A stretch of DNA of 64,000 bases from positions 153,016,001 to 153,080,000 of the forward strand of contig NC_043000.1 of assembly GCF_006345805.1 (NCBI RefSeq). The letters are read 5' to 3'. The stretch is from Octopus sinensis. Lineage: Eukaryota. Shown here piece by piece: positions 60,306 through 64,000 of this stretch. Under the pieces are notes generated by a model that did no database searches, was not told the origin of the DNA, and saw only the letters and a program-made list of their open reading frames with translations. The position numbers and the translations under genes are program-made. Every line of letters starts with the position of its first letter. Position 1 is the first letter of the stretch.

Positions 60306-62047
60306 GTATGTATGTATATATAGGTGTGTGTGTATATGTATATATATAACCTGATAGCTTCCTAATAAAGTGCAGTGCTAAGCAAAATACTACTAATCGG
60401 AGTCATTATAATGTGGAATAAATTAACAAAATGAACGTGATAAACATCGCTAAATGATTGAACAATCAAGCAGATTCAGTGCCACACCCTGCGAACACAT
60501 AGTACTTTTGATAACTTTACGCATTGTAATATAGAGTTATGGTGAATTTAGAAAATTAATTTATTCAGATCTACTTTTTATTATAAAAATAATTAAAGAG
60601 ATTAAATTAATTAACTTCAAACTGGAGTATATTTGCCTTCTCACAATTAATGCAGTTTAAAGGCAACAGTGTGAAGTAGTACAGAAGATGCTATATCTGG
60701 AATGAAGAGCCAAATTGCAGCTCTTCCTCTCATATTGGTTGCTCTTCGAAGAAACGCCCCAATACCGCCTGCAGTTTCTTGAACATTTTCTTGTGAAGCC
60801 TTTCGTGAATAAAACACTTCTTTTTGCCTTTCTACTGGACTCCTGATCAAAGCCATTTTCTATAAAGTAAACCATGATTTTCTTAAGATTGGTGATACTG
60901 TAACTGAAGAATTCTATAAGTCTTTCCAATGTTCCTGGCTCTACAATCTTCAGGCTCGTTTTGGATGAGCTGCTATGATAACTCCTGCAGCTCTTTAATA
61001 AATAAACTCTTGCTGTGGAAGTCCATTAATTTATCCTTATCTTCTGTACCGCCATTTTGCATTCACCCTTCGTTAACCAACTCAACGATTTCATTGATTA
61101 CTACTGTCCCTGTTGCTTGTAAAATTCCAATAAGTCATTTCATACTTGTGGTTATGGTTTCTTCCAAACTCTGTTAACACAGTTCTCAGTAACTACTTTA
61201 CGAAGCTACTTTGTTTTCAATGGTTATCAAAGAATACTTTTTTTCCAGAATTCGCTGATTATCTTGGCCATATCTTCCACAAGCCATTTGAAAGGCAATA
61301 GACTTTGATATTAAAAATTACACTTTCGATAGTTTTGAGCAAGAAAGATGTGTTTGGAAGCAAACAAATGCGACATAAATGCAGGTCTGAAGAGTGTCCG
61401 AGATTCTGCTGGGAATCATTATTAATCAAGAATACCTTTGTTTTTACTGTGAGATAAAAGTATGACACAGACCATCTTGTGAAAATTTCTATAGTCACCT
61501 TGGCTTATTGATTTTAGTTTCAAATTCGGTACAAGTAGATGGACTTTTGGTATTACCCTCATTCATCCTGGTGTTCTTAAATGATAACTACTGACGTCTT
61601 GCGTGTGACGTTAGCAACACAAGAGAAAATTTAGTTTCTTACACTTAAAATATATCCCTGTATGTAATACTTCCAAGTTTAAAACCAAATAAATCCCAAA
61701 ACAAATTTCAATAAAGTGAGAAGATTTACTCTCTTCGCTTTTAACAGAACTAAAATTGTCTTAAAGTAAGCTTCCCTGGAAAAGATATGAGTACGGTATA
61801 TAATTCAAGAGTTGTCTTCTCTACAACATAAAATTTCTATCAAAAACCTATACTATGCACCGAAAACATGACATAAGTTCACAAATGAAATAACTTCGTT
61901 GTCGCTGCATCATGAAAATATTCATTTTAACCAATATGATATCACCTCAAAAATCGCGAAACAAGTGAAACACTGAGTAATGGCACAGGCTTGTTCAGGT
62001 GCGTACAAGAAATACTTGCTACAATAAGCATTGAGAACTTTTCTACA

Positions 62048-62140
<93 letters not shown>

Positions 62141-62144
<4 letters not shown>

Positions 62145-62430
62145 GGATAAATGAACACTTCAAACCTGACTTCATCACCAAGGCCATACGCCTGGCACTA
62201 GAAGAAAACACCTTTAGATTCGATGATAAAACATATCGACAATTAATGGGCACAACAATGGAGAAGCTGTTTGCACCCTCATATGCTAACATAGTCAGGG
62301 GATACTTGGAAAAAAATATTTATGAGGAAGTAGAGAGAGCTTTTAATCAAGATTAGAAAAATACATCATTAAAATGGGGAAACGCTTCCTCGATGACTGC
62401 GTCATCTTTTGAGACAAATCAAATGAGGAC
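62141..62430 (+). pseudogene. Decayed Penelope-like reverse transcriptase fragment
   Basis: NTFRFDDKTYRQLMGTTMEKLFAPSYANIVRGYLE (F.F....Y.Q..GT.MG...APSYANI) and KRFLDDC catalytic motif. Confidence 0.8.
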
Positions 62431-62999
62431 CTACAAATATTTGATAACTGCACCCTCCCTACTTTTCTTATTCTCCCACCCTACTTCTTAACATTGACAT
62501 CTTTGAAAGGTCACCAGCCCTTTTAAGAAAATGTGTTTGTTTACAAATATATTGATAGGTATACAATAGAAAGAAAATAGAAAGGAGAAAGAAAAACAAG
62601 AAAAATACTTTGTAATGAAATTTCAATGAATTGACTGCATCAAATTGAAAAGAAATCCCTCTCTCTCTATCTGTCCTATCCTTTCCCCACGCTTTATTAT
62701 TATTCTTTCTCTACTTCCTTGATTTTCCTGAAACCTTTCTGTCTCCCCTCACCTCTTTGCTTTTCTTTCTCTCTCCATTTTTCCAAAAGCAAAAAACAAA
62801 ACAAAGAAAAACAATATCCTCCTCTTCCCAACAAAGCATAAAAACTGATTCATATAAACCAACAACGAAGCGTTCTGTTTTTACCATTTTGATTTTGATT
62901 TTGTCTTCAGTTCGGAAAACGAACGAAAGCACTATTATTCAAAGTTCTGACTGCCCCTTTTGTCTCAATATACAATATCTGTACACCACTTCAAACACT

Positions 63000-63034
63000 T
63001 TATACATACATACATACATACATACATACATACA

Positions 63035-63068
<34 letters not shown>

Positions 63069-63084
63069 CATGTATACACCCACC

Positions 63085-63115
<31 letters not shown>

Positions 63116-63125
63116 GCATATATAT
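63000..63125. repeat. (TACA)n/(CA)n/(TA)n microsatellite
   Basis: Directly visible. Confidence 0.95.
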
Positions 63126-64000
63126 CTGTGTTTATAGTGAATTCTGGAAGTCACTGTATGATAATTCTCATCGCGGCTCTTGTATGAAATTTTCTTTAAA
63201 TTATGCAAAAACCATCTGGAATCTTTTAAACAAGCTTTTATTCTCGCAAATAATGATTGAAGATTCTGAAATCTATTTTAGTTTGCATGACGAAAGGAAA
63301 AATGGGAAGATATAATGTAAACAAAGAAATAATGCTCTTATACTCAGCATATTGCATTATTTAAAAATACATGCATACACAGAAACATGCTTACACACGC
63401 ATACTCACAAATGGGGAGGATTTTCCCCTGAAATTATTTCCGGAGCGAAATGCTTTCCTACGTCCGAGTGTACACGAGAATGTTAGATGTGATTCTACTC
63501 CCGTTTAGAGTACTTACCGTCCTTTTTAGATATAAATCTTATTTGAAAAATACACAATGTATGGGATTAGCTGTGAACTTAATCTTGGTCTGCTTGGCAT
63601 CCTTCTTCATGTTCCTGAAATTCATATCTACAGCTTTATCAGTATATTTACCTTCTCTAGGATGTTACTAATTGATTTGAGAACTTTTCATTGTTGGAAA
63701 ACCTTTATGAAATTAGCTGAAGATTACGTGACATATTATATCTGCAGTAATATTTGCAGCTTTAATAAATTGTTATAGTATGAAACAATTGTACTAAATT
63801 ACCGGATCCATTCTTGTTGCTTATTTTTGGTTATTTGAAAAATAGGTAGAAGTTAGTGACAAGAAAGACAGCCGGCTGTAACATACGGTCTCCTTAAAAT
63901 ATATTCCTCTAGCCCTTACTACACACAGACACACACATACACACATAGACACGTACACACATAATGCATGCATACATACATACATACATACATGCATACA

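Overview
AT-rich, microsatellite-dense eukaryotic DNA; the SINE/LINE repertoire and gene style point to an octopus (coleoid cephalopod) genome, which is an inference. The only host gene I can support is the 3' end of gephyrin (GPHN, MoeA-like E domain) on the + strand: five GT-AG exons at 9879-10000, 18169-18256, 19822-19895, 20785-20953 and 23313-23567 (stop), joining in frame. The rest is transposon-derived: a near full-length but broken antisense RTE-clade LINE with ~162-bp tandem monomers at its 5' end, many truncated copies of its 3' end, three tRNA-derived SINE families that swap heads and tails, CR1-type LINE fragments, a mariner, hAT and piggyBac-type MITEs, Helentron-like non-autonomous elements and at least five Penelope-like (PLE) remnants. 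The most striking signal is a set of type I hammerhead ribozyme (HHR) motifs with short palindromic helix III. Six of them sit as head-to-head pairs inside three sequence-unrelated 220-250-bp foldback elements (24589-24830, 59212-59434, 59661-59911). One of these lies about 1 kb downstream of the gephyrin stop codon. All folds were worked out by eye; none has been tested computationally or biochemically.
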